64,000 nt of DNA from Tubulanus polymorphus (lineage: Eukaryota > Animalia > Nemertea): positions 17,084,150 through 17,148,149 of the forward strand of contig NC_134026.1 in assembly GCF_964204645.1 (NCBI RefSeq), given 5' to 3'. The translations under genes and the position numbers were made by a program. Of the stretch, positions 41,271 through 54,478 are shown in pieces. Under the pieces are notes generated by a model. That model saw only the letters and a list, made by a program, of their open reading frames with translations, did not search any database and was not told the origin of the DNA. Positions within the stretch are counted from its first letter, which is position 1, and every line of letters begins with the position of its first letter.

Positions 41271-44200
41271 ATGGCGGATCAGAAGTGGATAATAACTGGT
41301 TTATAGAATGGAACATTACTATCAGTTGGAACTGTTGGTTATATATACAATGTTATTGAAGAAAGTATTTTAAATGGGAAATATTTATGTTGATAGATTT
41401 GATATCAATGGTATTTTAAAATCAACATTAGCAGTTATTTTATCTAATTTAACAATTGATTATTAAGAAAAACAAAAATATATTCCTCCTATTGACGGGT
41501 AATTTATAGCTAACTATAATTATAAATATTATAGGATCGGCAATTGTTAACCCTTTAGCTTTTACTGGTGGTGGTTATTTATTTAAGCATATTGATAAAA
41601 ATGGTTCATTATCAGAACAAAAAAGGCATAACTTAGCATTAGAGAAATATAATAAAGCTGCAGAAGAGTATAGAGAAAAGAGACAAAATTATATGGATTA
41701 TATTGATAAAGAATTGTATAATCAAAATATTTCACATAGAGATTTTAAATCAGTCGATGATGCAATGAGGGTATATAACGCAGGAACAAATCGTGAAAAA
41801 TTACATCTATATAAACCTAAATTATCAGATTATTATACACCAAGTAAAGAACAACAATATGAAGTAATTTGGATTTTAGGTGGAACGGAACAGTTATTGT
41901 TATATTTGTTGCTTATAAATTTACTAATTAGTAATTTTTTTATGATATGAATGGAAGATAAAATTGATGGTGTTAATATTATTCCTCGTGATATAAATAA
42001 AACTAAATTAAAAATATATTTAGAAAAACAAATATTAGAATTTGAAAGTGACTTAAAGATAAAAAAAGAAAAAATATTTAAAAAGTAAAATTAAAAGTTA
42101 TTTTATTATTAGTGGTTCAGTAACAATTAGTTCTGTAATAACATTTCTTGAAATATTCAGTCCATTAACACCTTAAGCTATATCGATTGGCGTTTTAGGT
42201 TTAAGTTCAAGTGTTTTAACCGGAATTAGTTCAAAATTAAATATAAAAAGTAATAAAGAAAAAATAAAATATAATAAAAAAGAAATTAATAAATCAAAAA
42301 ATATATTAGATTATATTATTAGTTTAAATGGTAATATAACAATTGCAAAACAAGATAAACTATTAAAAGAATCAATTAATTATTAATTCTTTTGTTGTAT
42401 AAATGGTAGATAGTTTTCAAAAAGCTTTCCAATATAATAAATCAATTGAATATAATATTCCTGCACTAGATTTTAATAAAAATATAACATATAGAAATGA
42501 AGTTTTAAATTCATTACTTAATTTAGATATTTATGTTTCTGAAACTAATGATTTTAATGTTAAAATGGAAAATATATTTATATGTATACTTAATTAATTT
42601 AAAAAAATTGAAATTGATCATCAAAATCTGAAATATTGGCAGAACCAATTAAACTTTGCAGTTTATTGCGCAACAACAGGTTGTGAAATTAGTTGGAATG
42701 ATCATTTAAATAATTCAAAATATAAATTAATTCAAAGTTTTTTTAGATTTCATACTTATTTTCATATACGATTAATATTAAACGAATTAGAACTTGCTTT
42801 ACCAGGATCTACATATTTTAAAGAATTAGATAATAATATTAATTTATCAAAGTTTTATAAAGTTTGTAATGAACTTAATATAAACATAAATAATTCTGAT
42901 TTTCGAACAAAAATTGGAACGATAAGATCACTTCCTTGTCCTGAAAATATTTTATAATATTGCAAACTTCCCATACCATCTAACAGTTTTTATAATATCT
43001 ATAATAATAAATTAGGTTATGGTAAAGTAGGAAATATGGATTTAAAAACATTAAATTTCAATAAATTACCGAAATTCTATGATAATTTAAAACAAGAAAA
43101 CAATAATGGTTGGGTTTATTTTATTTTAGAAAAATAGTGAAGGATTTACAAAATCAGGTATACAAAGAATAAATCAATCACAGGTTGAAACAAGATCCCC
43201 AATAATTGGAAATTTAAATACATCATTTGATACACAAAAACAATTCAAAGTATTATTTGAAGATTCTATTCATAATGATAAAAATAGATCGATTCCAGAA
43301 AATATAGTAAGACATCAATATTATTTAGATAAATCTCATGTAAGATTAAATTATTGTATAGGTCCTAATTTATTAATTATTTCTGATGATTTAATATTAA
43401 AAATGGGAAATATAATTGGTTATAATAATTTGATTAAAAACTGCACCAATAAATAATTCATTTGGATTAAATGATATAGATAAAAAAATTATCACTGCTC
43501 CAAAATTAATGGAAGGTGAAAAAATAAAAAAATATATACAATCAACAGAAACTAAAACAAAGAATATTAAATTAAATAATGTTTCTAAAATAAAAGATTA
43601 CAATACATCAGAAAATATAAAAACTGATAATATTCAACATGAAATAATTAAAATTAATAATGATAATAAATCACATGAAAATACTGAATTAGCTATTACT
43701 TGTATAGGCATTATAATAGGAGGAATATTATGTTTTAAACTTTAATTTTTTTATCACATAAATGGAAGTAGAAGGTGGAGAAGAAATTGGAATGGATACC
43801 TTTGATGAACCCGGTATAACTGAAAAACCACAACCTGATTTTAATGAAACAAGTTTTAGTAACTATAATGAAACAGCATTCTAATTTAGCAAGACCTGAT
43901 ACTAATGAATATGTTAATAAAGCACGTTCAAGATTGAATATTGATAATGAAAATCCATATTTAGTAAAAAGAATTAGGATATGATGAATTAACTGAAAAA
44001 TTTAAACCAATATTAAAAAATCTGGATTCAATATAACTAATAAAGGTATGAATTATTTAGTAAAAGATTTGAAATATTTAAATGGTGATTATTATTAGCA
44101 TTTGAAAGATGACTATTATTTTAAGATATCTTCTAATAAGTCTTGATAAAATATAATCAAAACCAACTTTAATTAAATTAGAACAATCTAGAATTAAGAA

Positions 44201-45188
44201 AATCAATAATGATGTTAAAACTGATGTTACAGAAGAAATAATTAATAATAAAAGAATATTTAATCGATGAAATAATAATGATTTTTTGAAGATAATTAAT
44301 GAAAATTTAGAACAAGAAACAATTCCTAAAGAAAGTATTAATTCCAAAACTAGTAAACTTAAATCAACCGAAGTTCAAACTGAAAAACTTTTACCTGAAG
44401 GATTATTGGACGCAACAGGTCAAGCAATAGAAGCTTTAAGTAAATATTTTTCTGAAAAAGTAATTAGAGAAAGTGAAGGTGTAAGAAATGAAGCTGATAA
44501 AATTTCTGAGATGAAATTAGAAAGAGATCAAAAAATTAATACTTTAGAAGATAAATTATCTAGAGCAAATGAAGAATTAGAACAATTAAAGTCTGATTTA
44601 AATCATCAAGTAATTGATGAAATGGAATATAAGCAAACAAAATTAAGTTTAGAAAAAGAAATTGATAATTTAAAATATAAAATAGAAGTACAGAAAGGTG
44701 AAAGAGATATATTATTAAAAGAATTTGGTAATAATTTTAAAAGATTAAAAAATATTTTGAAAAGATGTTTAATAAAACCAAATTCTAAAGTATCATTTAA
44801 GGGTAGAATAAAATTATTATTTAAATTAGAAGGTATAACAATTCTCTCAATTCTAACAGCTGTAACAATGATATATACAACAATTGGTTTAGCTATATCA
44901 AATTCATTAAGATCTACACCTACCCCTAATAAGCCAGATAACCCCCCGTAATAATTCTATACAGGATAAAGTTAAAGATGGTTTAAAAAAATTAGCAAAA
45001 TATTCATGGGAACTATCTAAAAAATCTGCTGCACCATTACCCGGAATTATTGCATCAATTGTTAGTTTTGTTTTAAAATCTGCTGGAAACATTATTAGTT
45101 TTGCTGCTGAACATATTATTTTATTTTTAATTACAGTTGTAAGTGCAATTATTTTTGGATGAGTAAACATGATGAAAAATAAATAAGT
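41271..45188 (+). pseudogene. Copy A of five Polinton membrane/structural genes, disrupted
   Basis: Colinear homology with 54479-58412; many stops and frameshifts. Confidence 0.8.
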
Positions 45189-45205
45189 CATTTATTTCTT
45201 AATAA

Positions 45206-46400
45206 ATGAGTGGGAGTTATATAAATCCTTCTAAAAATTCTAGAATATCTAACGCAATTAAATCAGAAAGATCTCATCATATAATTACTCATAATCCATC
45301 TAATATTAATCCTGATGAAACTTTATATGTAAGAATTCCTCGATTAACACAAAATACTTGGTTGTTCCAAATAGTATTTATTTATCAGCTGATATGAAAG
45401 TAACTGGTCATGATAATAATTACGTTGTCGATAATGTTGGAAGATATTTAATTAAAACATTAATTGTAAAGATTGGACCAGAAACCGTTTTTCAATAAGA
45501 TGATTATAATTTATCTACGCATTATAAAGATTTATGGTTAACAAAAGAAAATAGAAATAATATGATATTTCAAGGTATTCAATCAGAAAATCAAAATATT
45601 TTTAGATCAGAAGCTAATAATGCAGTAGTAAATAATGCCAAAATTTGTAAATTTTCCATTACACTTTGAATTAATAAAAAATAATGCGCCTTTATATAAA
45701 TATGCAATACAAGAAGATATTATATTCGAAATAACATTTGCTCCTGTTAATGAAATTGTATTTTCTAGCGTTATTAAAGATATGGATTATAAATTATCAA
45801 ATATATGTTTAGAATATGACAAAATAACTGATGAAAATATTGCGAGCACAATTCAAACTCAATACAATCAAGGATTTTCATTATTATATGATTATGTTGA
45901 TAAATTTAAAACTGTAACTATTAATGCAAATGATGAAATAATAAATGAGAATATCAACTTCCCAAGAAGATTTAATCAAGGTATATTAATACTTTTTACC
46001 ATTGCAACATATTCTGATGGTGCAATAAAGGTTGATAATTATTATAATCCTGAAATAACAAAAGTAGAAATAACAATTGAAGGTATAGCAAATAAAATAT
46101 TTTGTCAAGGAATGAGAATGATAGATTTTATGAATGGAAAAAATAAAATCATCTGAAGATTGTAATATTAATCAAATTGATTATTATACTGGTAATAAAT
46201 ATGCATTATGGTTAGATTTTAGAACGACAGAGGATAACTTATTACATGGTTCTGGGAAGAAATTACAAAATACAAAAGATGGAATACAATGATTCGTGAA
46301 AAAGAAAAAAGGAGGTTTAAATTATAAGATGCATATTTATATTATATCTGACGCGCAATTAAATATTATAAATTCTTAATTAGATAGTATTCAATATTAA
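45206..46400 (+). pseudogene. Major capsid protein (double jelly-roll), copy A
   Basis: ITHNPSNINPDETLYVRIPRL; LWLDFRT..D..LHGSG; paralog of 58433-59684. Confidence 0.75.
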
Positions 46401-46430
46401 GAATATAAATATAAAATTAACGATGTATAA

Positions 46431-46626
46431 ATGGGGGATAAAAAAACTCCTAATACTAAAGAACAATATTTAAGAAATTTATATTATAACCCTGAGAGTT
46501 CGGTTGCTTATTCTTCTGCAAAAAATATATGGCGCCAAGTAAAACAAGATAAATTAGATAAGACAATCCCACAAAATTTAGTTAAATATAAAGATATAAA
46601 TGATTTTATGTAAGAACAACCAACAT
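46431..46626 (+). pseudogene. Truncated integrase N-terminus, copy A
   Basis: LRNLYYNPESSVAYSS, matches 59715-59910 then ends abruptly. Confidence 0.85.
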
Positions 46627-46908
46627 CATCACAGCTAGGCTCTAGTGAGAACGGACGATTGCTCTATGATACACATATACAGTGAGTGCGCGTAACAACA
46701 ACTGCGCGTGGATATATCGATACAGTGAGTCGCTACTGAGAACGGTTATTAACGCGTGTGCTATTACTGTAGTACAATGATTGCGTGTCAACTGTGCCCG
46801 GATAAATAGATGCTGTGAGGCTTGGGTGAGAACGGTTAATAGCGTGCTTGTTATATACAAGGGGAAGTAATCCCCACTCATCACCACAAGTATTTTTTTT
46901 CCTTATAA

Positions 46909-49900
46909 ATGGGGGAGAATGAACACCAGACAGAAAACAATAATGTTAATAAAAATCAATATTATTGTTCATATTGTAAAAAATACATCGATAAATCTAA
47001 CAAATCTAAACATGAAAAATCTGCAAATCATAGAAAAAATGTTATAGATTTTGAAACTCCAGAAAATTCCAATGAAAGAAAAGAACGATTAGATGATATG
47101 AATGTGGATGAAGTGTGTGAAGTTTGTAATGAATTTATAGTAAAAATGAATTATAAAAGACATCTCGAATCACAAAAACACCATCAAAATTTGAGTTATA
47201 ATGTTTTAGGAAAAGATAAACCTCAACAAGTAAAAAAACCAACTTCAAAAACTAAATCCATTTCAAATAAACCTTACATGGAAAATGTTAGAAATTATAT
47301 TGATTCACTATAAATAAAAGATACAATTGAAATATTAGAAACATTACGTAGTAAAATTGGTCCTGCAGCTATTATATTTAGATTTTTTAAAGGTACAACA
47401 ATAGAAGATTATAGTAAATTTAATGAAATAATAGAAAAAATACTAGATTTGATAACAGATGTTGAATATCCAAAAATTAGTATCTCTGGGAAAGTAAGTT
47501 TTTTAAAGTCAGAAGAGAAAATGGATTATAATATTCAAACACTCTCTGAAGAAATAATTTCAAAAACGCAAATAAAAGAGAAATTAGAAAAAATATTTAA
47601 TGAATTTAAACGTCATATTGAAGAAAGATATTTTGAGGGTTCTGGTTTAACATTGAATGGAATTATATTTTTAGATTTAAATGTTTATAATACAAAAAGG
47701 AATAAAACATCAAAAAGTAAAACAATGTTTAAAAATGATTCAAGCTTTACAACAGAAAAGGATATTAAAGCATCATCTTATATTAAATTACCATTTACAA
47801 CAAAAGCAGTAATAAATGTTCAAAATGAAGATAATAAATGTTTTCTATGGTCAATTATTAGTTGCTTACACCCAACAGAAGATATTACGCATAGTTTAAG
47901 AATAACAAATTACCGGAAATATGAAACATTATATAAAATTGATCAATATCCAGTAACTATAAAAATGATACCCAAAATAGAAAAAATTAATAATTTAAAA
48001 ATAAATGTATTCGAATTGATGCAGTTACCAAAGACAAAAGGTGAAAATATTAAAGATTATACATTGGAAGCTTTATATTTAACAGAATATTATGATGATG
48101 AAAAAGCTATAGATTTGTTATATTACAAAAAAGATGAAAATGAACATTATATGTGGTTAAAACAAATTGATTTATTCTTTAGAACAGAAAGTGATTTTAA
48201 CAGTCATAAAATTTATCTATGTAGAAAATGTTTATCTAAATTTAGAACTGAGAATGCGTTACTAAATCATAAAGAATAATGTGATAATAAAGATTTTTGT
48301 AAATTAATAATGCCAACAGAAAAAGATTATAAATTGAAATTTACTAATCATAAATTTAAGAATATTGTTCCATTTGTAATTTATGGGGATTTTGAATCGT
48401 TGAATAAAGAATTAACTGATCAAGATAGAAAAGAAATATATAACAAAAAGCAATTATTAAAATCAATGGATAAAGGAAATGAACTAAATGAAGACACAAC
48501 ACAAGACCCGCCAATTATAAATACAATTAAAAAAGTTCACCAAAGAGCTGCTGCTTATGGAATTTATATAAAATCAAATTATCCTGAATTATATGAAAGT
48601 CAATATATTTATTTTAGAGGTGAAGATGTAGTTAATAATTTTTGTAACAAAATAATTGAATTAGAAAGTGATTTTGCAAAATTATTAAACAAAAATAAAA
48701 GAATAGTTATGACAAAAGAAGATTGATTTTAATTATGCAACTCATTGTTGTTATTGTGAAAAACGTTTTTATTCATTTGATAAAAAAGTTAGAGATCATG
48801 ATCATTTAAATTCAAAATATCGTGGAGCTACTCATGAAGATTGCAATTTACAAGCTAAGAAAATTAATTTCGTACCAATATTATTTCATAATTTATCAGG
48901 CTATGATACCCATCTATTTATAAAACAATTATCGGGAAAATTGGGCGCAATTAATCAAGAAATAGAAGAATATAATGCTATGAATGGCGTAAATGTAAGA
49001 AAATATGATTTTAAACTATTAGCTAAGACATCTGAAAATTATATTTCATTTCAATTTGGTTGCATTAGATTTTTAGATTCTTATAGATTTCTAGTAGCAA
49101 GTTCATTAGATAATTTAGCAAAAAGTTTAGTTGATAATGATTTTGTTATAACTCGATATTATTATCCAAATGAACAAGATTTTAAATTATTGAGATATAA
49201 AGGTGCAATTCCTTATTCATTTTATAAAACACACAATGATTTTAATGTAACAGAATTATTAAAAGATCAATTTTATGATCAATTAAAAGAGGAGTATGTG
49301 AAAGATGAAGTGTTTAATAGAACATTAAATATTTGGAACCATTTTAAGATGAAAAATCATGGTGAATTAGTTGATTTATATTTAAAATCAGATGTTATGA
49401 TACTGGCTGACATATTTGAAAAATTTAGAGAAGTTAATTTGAATCATTTTAATGTTGATCCTTGTTATTGCTACTCTAGTCCTGGTTTAACCTGGCAATG
49501 TGGTTTAAAATATACTAACGTAGAGTTAGATTTATTAAAAGTACCAGACATGGTTTTATCATTTGAAAAATCAATTAGAGGTGGAATTAGTGGTGTTATG
49601 GGAGATAGATATTTTAAAGCAAATGATGAATATAAATTATTATATATTGACGCCAATAATTTATATGGTTGGGCAATGATGCAACCTCAACCATATAAAA
49701 TTTTATATTAACAGAAGTTGAAAATGGTGATAAAACTGATTGGGAAAGCGCAATTGCGAGTTTAAAAGATGAAGCACCAATTAGTTATTTCTTTGTAGTT
49801 GATTTAGAATATCCTGAAAATATAAAGTTTAAAACAAGAAACTTACCTTATTGCCCAGAACATTTAACTGTAGATGATAGTTATTTAAGTGAATACCAGA

Positions 49901-52025
49901 AGAAAATAAAACCGAAAGATCATGTTTTTACAGAAAAATTAATACTTACTCAAAATAATAAATACAATTATATTGTTCATTATAGAATGTTAAAATTTCA
50001 TCTAAAACAAGGAATGAAATTAAAGAAAGAACATAGATATATTGAATTTAATCAATCGAAGTGGTTAGAAAAATATATAGATTTCAATACTCAACAGAGA
50101 ACAATATCTGAAACAGATTTTGAAAAAGATTTTTTTAAATTAATGAACAATAGTTTTTATGGTAAAAACATGTGAAAATATTAGAAATAGAAATGATATT
50201 GAATTAGTAAATAATTCTGAAAGATTGAGACATTTACAATCAAGTCCTAGACATTTAGGAAATAAAAAATTTGAAGATTATTTAACTGCAGTGAAATTAA
50301 AAAGAACGTCAATGAAATTTAATAAACCTATATTCATTGGTTCAACTGTTTTAGAAGTATCAAAATTATTAATGTATGATTTTAATTATAATGTTTTACA
50401 ACCACTTTTTGGGGAAAAGCATATTGAAATATTATATTTTGATTCTGTAACAGCTGACACCCCAATATTATTAAAATGTAATGATAAAATATTGATAAGA
50501 AGAATTTCAGAAATAATTCCAAAACAAAATGAATGTTATATTTCATATGGTGAAAAAGAATTAATACAAATAAATTGTTTAATGGATGTTTGGACAAGAA
50601 ATGGATGGAAAAAATTAAAGAATATTATTAGGCATAAAAGAAATAAGAAAATCTATAGAGTTAGAACTAAATTAGGGTTTGTAGATGTTACAGAAGATCA
50701 TAGTTTAATTAAACGAAATGGTGATGAAATAAAACCAACTGATATAAAAATTGGGGATGAATTATTACATAAGAGATTTTTCCAAAGAATGAATCATATG
50801 TCATTCGACGAAATTATTGATAATATTTATAATATAGAACCTGAAACATTAGAAGAAAAAGAATATTTTATCCAAGGATTTTTTTTATGGGAGATGGTTC
50901 AGCAGGTGTGTATAATTATGTTAGTGGTAATAAATATTGTTGGTATTTATGCAATCAAGACTTGAAATTATTAGAAAGAATTAAGAAATTCTGTGAAGAA
51001 GTTTATTCGCACAAAGTTTTTAAAATCATAGATGTTATGAAATCATCGCAATGTTATAGAATACATGTGAATAATCCTAAAGATTTTGCTATAAAATATA
51101 ATGACGAATTCTATATTCATGCAATAGTGAAAAGTAATACTTCAACTAAAGAAAAGATAGTACCAGATTATGTATTAACTGCAAAAGATAATTTAAGAAA
51201 ATGGTTCTTCATTGGATTTTATGCTGCAGATGGTTCAAAAAGTTTCAAAACAATATCTTTAGCTCAAAAAGGAAAAGTTGCTATATCAGGGTTAAATATA
51301 TTATGTAATTCATTAGGCTTCAATATGAATATTGGATTATTAAATCTAAACCAAATTGTTTTAATTTAAGCCACACAGAAAAAGATTTAACTGAAGAAGT
51401 TAAAGATTTATTTGAAATATATAACCCATCAGATTATGTCTATGATTTATCAACTGAAGATGGCACATTCAACTGTGGATTTCCATTAATTTGATTCAAT
51501 ACTGACGCCTACATACTAAAAATCAAGACAAATGACATAACAAAAGACTTAAAAACATTAAAACATCATTTTGATTTTAGGAATTATCCCAAAGATCATG
51601 AACTATTTAGCAATGATAATAAAAAGATTCCTGGTAAATTTAAAGATGAATTAGGGGATGATGAAATTATTGAATTTGTTGGGATAAGAAGTAAAATGTA
51701 TAGTTACAGAACAAAAGATCGTGAAGCTAAAAAGTTAAAAGGAATAACAAAACATGTGGTTGATAAACATGTAGAATTCCAAGATTATATAAAGTGTTTA
51801 TATAACTCAATTGTAATGAAACATAAAATGAATTGTTTAAGATCAGAAGATCACGAGATGTACATTAATGAAGTTGAAAAAACTAGTTTGAATCCATTTG
51901 ATGATAAAAGGCATATTTTAGATGATGGTATAAAACATTACCTTATGGTTATTAAAATGGATCAATATCATCAAACTCGAAATCACTATTGGTTTCTTCT
52001 TTTTCATTTAATTGTTCTTGTATAA
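46909..52025 (+). pseudogene. polB: Protein-primed family B DNA polymerase with N-terminal Zn fingers, endonuclease VII-like domain and an intein; disrupted
   Basis: Exo I YGDFES, Exo II FHNLSGYD, Exo III YLKSDV, Pol A IDANNLYGWAM, Pol B KLMNNSFYGK, Pol C YFD|TDA, KMYSY; several stops and frameshifts. Confidence 0.95.
50444..51500 (+). mobile_element. Intein with LAGLIDADG homing endonuclease in PolB motif C (degenerate)
   Basis: Block A SVTADTPI, block B VDVTEDHSL, endonuclease blocks GFF-MGDGS and FFIGFYAADGS, block F DYVYDLSTEDGTF, terminal Asn then Thr+1. Confidence 0.92.
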
Positions 52026-52026
52026 T

Positions 52027-53278
52027 TTATTTAGGTTCTTCCATTTCATTTTTCTCATTTAAATAAAGTTCTATCTTGTACCACATTTCATCTCGCTGTC
52101 TTTGTTTCTTTTTGTTCGTTAATTCATCAAATGGAATTATAATATCGATGTTTAAATAATTTACTATCTTATTTAAAAAGAATTCATAATTAATTGAATC
52201 TGTTATTCTATTATCCACATAATATCTTAATATTTGTTTGAATGTTTCTTTTATATTTTCCATATCTTTTTCTGTTAATTTAGGTTTTTTATAATAATCG
52301 TTAAATAATAAATATAAATACATTTCCTTTTCTTGTGTGTTGAATGTTGATGGAATAATTGTTTTTATTATATCTTTTTTAGTTATTTCACCATTTTTAT
52401 TTTCTATTATTTTCATTTTTTCAAGCCATTGCTTATATTCTGGTGTATGATCTTCCATAGAAAATATCTTAAATATTTCATCTAGATAATTTGATTTTGG
52501 TTCTATAAGAATATTTCTAGTTTTTTCATCACCCCATAAATTCTTTTGCCATCCACATTCATTACAAAATATCACCGGACCTTCTTGTCTTAAGTACTCA
52601 TAAATACATTTTGGGCATTTTTGTCTATCATTTCTTAGTAATAGATCTTCGTTAAGCTCTTGGTATTTTCTTACGTTTTCTTTATGTTTTATTGTTCTAT
52701 TATGTAGATTTGAATTACTTGTTGTAATAATCAATTTACAATATTTACAATAATATGTTTTTCTTGTTAATTCATTATATTGTTTTTCTAACTTTTCAAC
52801 TGTTTCTTTATTATCTGGTAACGTTTTCTCATATTTTATTTTTTCTAATAAACTATTTTTTCTTTCATTGAATTCAGTTTTAAATTTATTAGAAATTTTA
52901 TCTATATGTACTTTACGAAATTGATGATTCTCCCAATCTTCTATATTTTCAGGACTAAATTTCATTCGACAAGGCTCGCAGAAATGATCTTTTACATTAT
53001 CCTTATCATAGAATAAGAAAGGTCTTTTCCAAATAACTTCAGGTTCAACTTCAACAGAATTACTATTACTTTCGTTACTATCAACATTAACCGTTGCGTC
53101 ATTAATTTTACACTTCTCTGAATGTTTTTTAACATAATTTCTTGAGAATAATTTATTACATTTTGGGCAGTTTATTTTAGGGGGGTTTATAATTTTCATC
53201 ATGTTTTTTCATATGTCGAGCCATATTACTTTTTCTTAGAAGTTCACCAGAAATTTCGCATGGTATCTTCTCATCCAT
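52027..53278 (-). CDS. Zn-finger protein with C-terminal VLTF3 (poxvirus late transcription factor)-like domain
   Basis: 391-aa ORF 52027-53202 (probable true start 53278, frameshifted); several C2H2 fingers; CPKC..CNECG ribbon; INYEFFLNKIV...KKQRQRDEMWYKI. Confidence 0.6.
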
Positions 53279-53345
53279 TTATTTAGGAGAAATTTTATTA
53301 AAATTAATTTTTAGTGATGGGCGGTAATTTTTTATGTTATAAATA

Positions 53346-54105
53346 ATGGTAGAATTAAAAGAATACAGAATATTTGTTGATTCTAGAAAACTTACAAATT
53401 ATAAATCACATTATTTATTAGTACAATTAGATAGAGAATTTAAGAATTGTGTTGATTTAAAATTAGTAAATATAAGTTTATGAAATTCTTTTTATAATGT
53501 ATCGGATAAAAGTCTAGAACATTTAATTTTTTTCAATCTTTTACAAAAAAAGGAATAAATGGTTTTTTATATATTTAAAACCAGGATTATATAATTTAGA
53601 TACATTAGCACAAGAAATTAATAGAAAAGCTCGAGCTAAATTAGGAAGTGATTCCGGATTTAGTATTAGATTTTCAAAAAGTAATAGTTCTAATAAAATA
53701 AAGATTAGGTTAGCTCATGACGAACAATTTAAATCTACAGTAAGAAAACCTTTAGGTAAACTGTAGGAATTAACCCAGATATTGTTACAGTAAACGCAGA
53801 AGGTAGATCAAACGTTAATACCTTACACACATTTCTATATTTATTGTAATTTAATTGATCCTAAAAAAACATTTGAAGCAACTAAAGATACAACATGTAA
53901 TTCTAGTATATCAAATATTTTACCATTAAAAAATGTTAAACAATTTGGAACTCAAATAAATTATAATTTAGCTGAATATGAATTTCAACCTTGTATTCCT
54001 CAATTTAATAATTTTAAATTAGAAATAAGAAATCATAATGGATATTTAATTGATTTGAATAACTTTCCTGTAATTTATGAATTAGTTATAAGATGTAAAG
54101 AGTAA
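53346..54105 (+). pseudogene. Putative minor capsid protein (penton), copy B
   Basis: Homologous to 40135-40905, with stops and frameshifts. Confidence 0.7.
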
Positions 54106-54121
54106 TTTTTTTGATATATAA

Positions 54122-54478
54122 ATGAATATAACTGTTGGGCCGAGTATATGTTTTGGGTTTGATTTTAAACGTGAGAAAGAAATGAAATTTAACATTAATG
54201 ATGTAATAACACATATCAAAAATATTGCATTTTCTAATGAAACAACATTTGAGTATGAAACAACAATAGATAAAGAAACTTTAAATGTAGAAAAGATTAC
54301 TAATTTAATTAGAGAATCTTTAAGATTTTATGAATTAGATGAAGATTTTATCATCGATGATATTAAAAAAATAATAATTGAAATATATACAAATGAAACT
54401 AGTAATGAAATAAATGTTGAATTAATCATAAATAAGTTAACTAAATATTTTGAAGATAGTAATTTTTTTGATAAATAA
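54122..54478 (+). CDS. Polinton hypothetical protein (GPSICF), copy B
   Basis: 118-aa ORF, TAAATG start. Confidence 0.7.
   Translation: MNITVGPSICFGFDFKREKEMKFNINDVITHIKNIAFSNETTFEYETTIDKETLNVEKITNLIRESLRFYELDEDFIIDDIKKIIIEIYTNETSNEINVELIINKLTKYFEDSNFFDK

Noticed and set aside
50444-51500. Insert as hedgehog-type Hint domain, intron or unrelated transposon
   Set aside because: It starts in frame exactly within the PolB catalytic motif, has Ser1/Asn/Thr+1 and endonuclease blocks, and lacks GT-AG ends or a TSD
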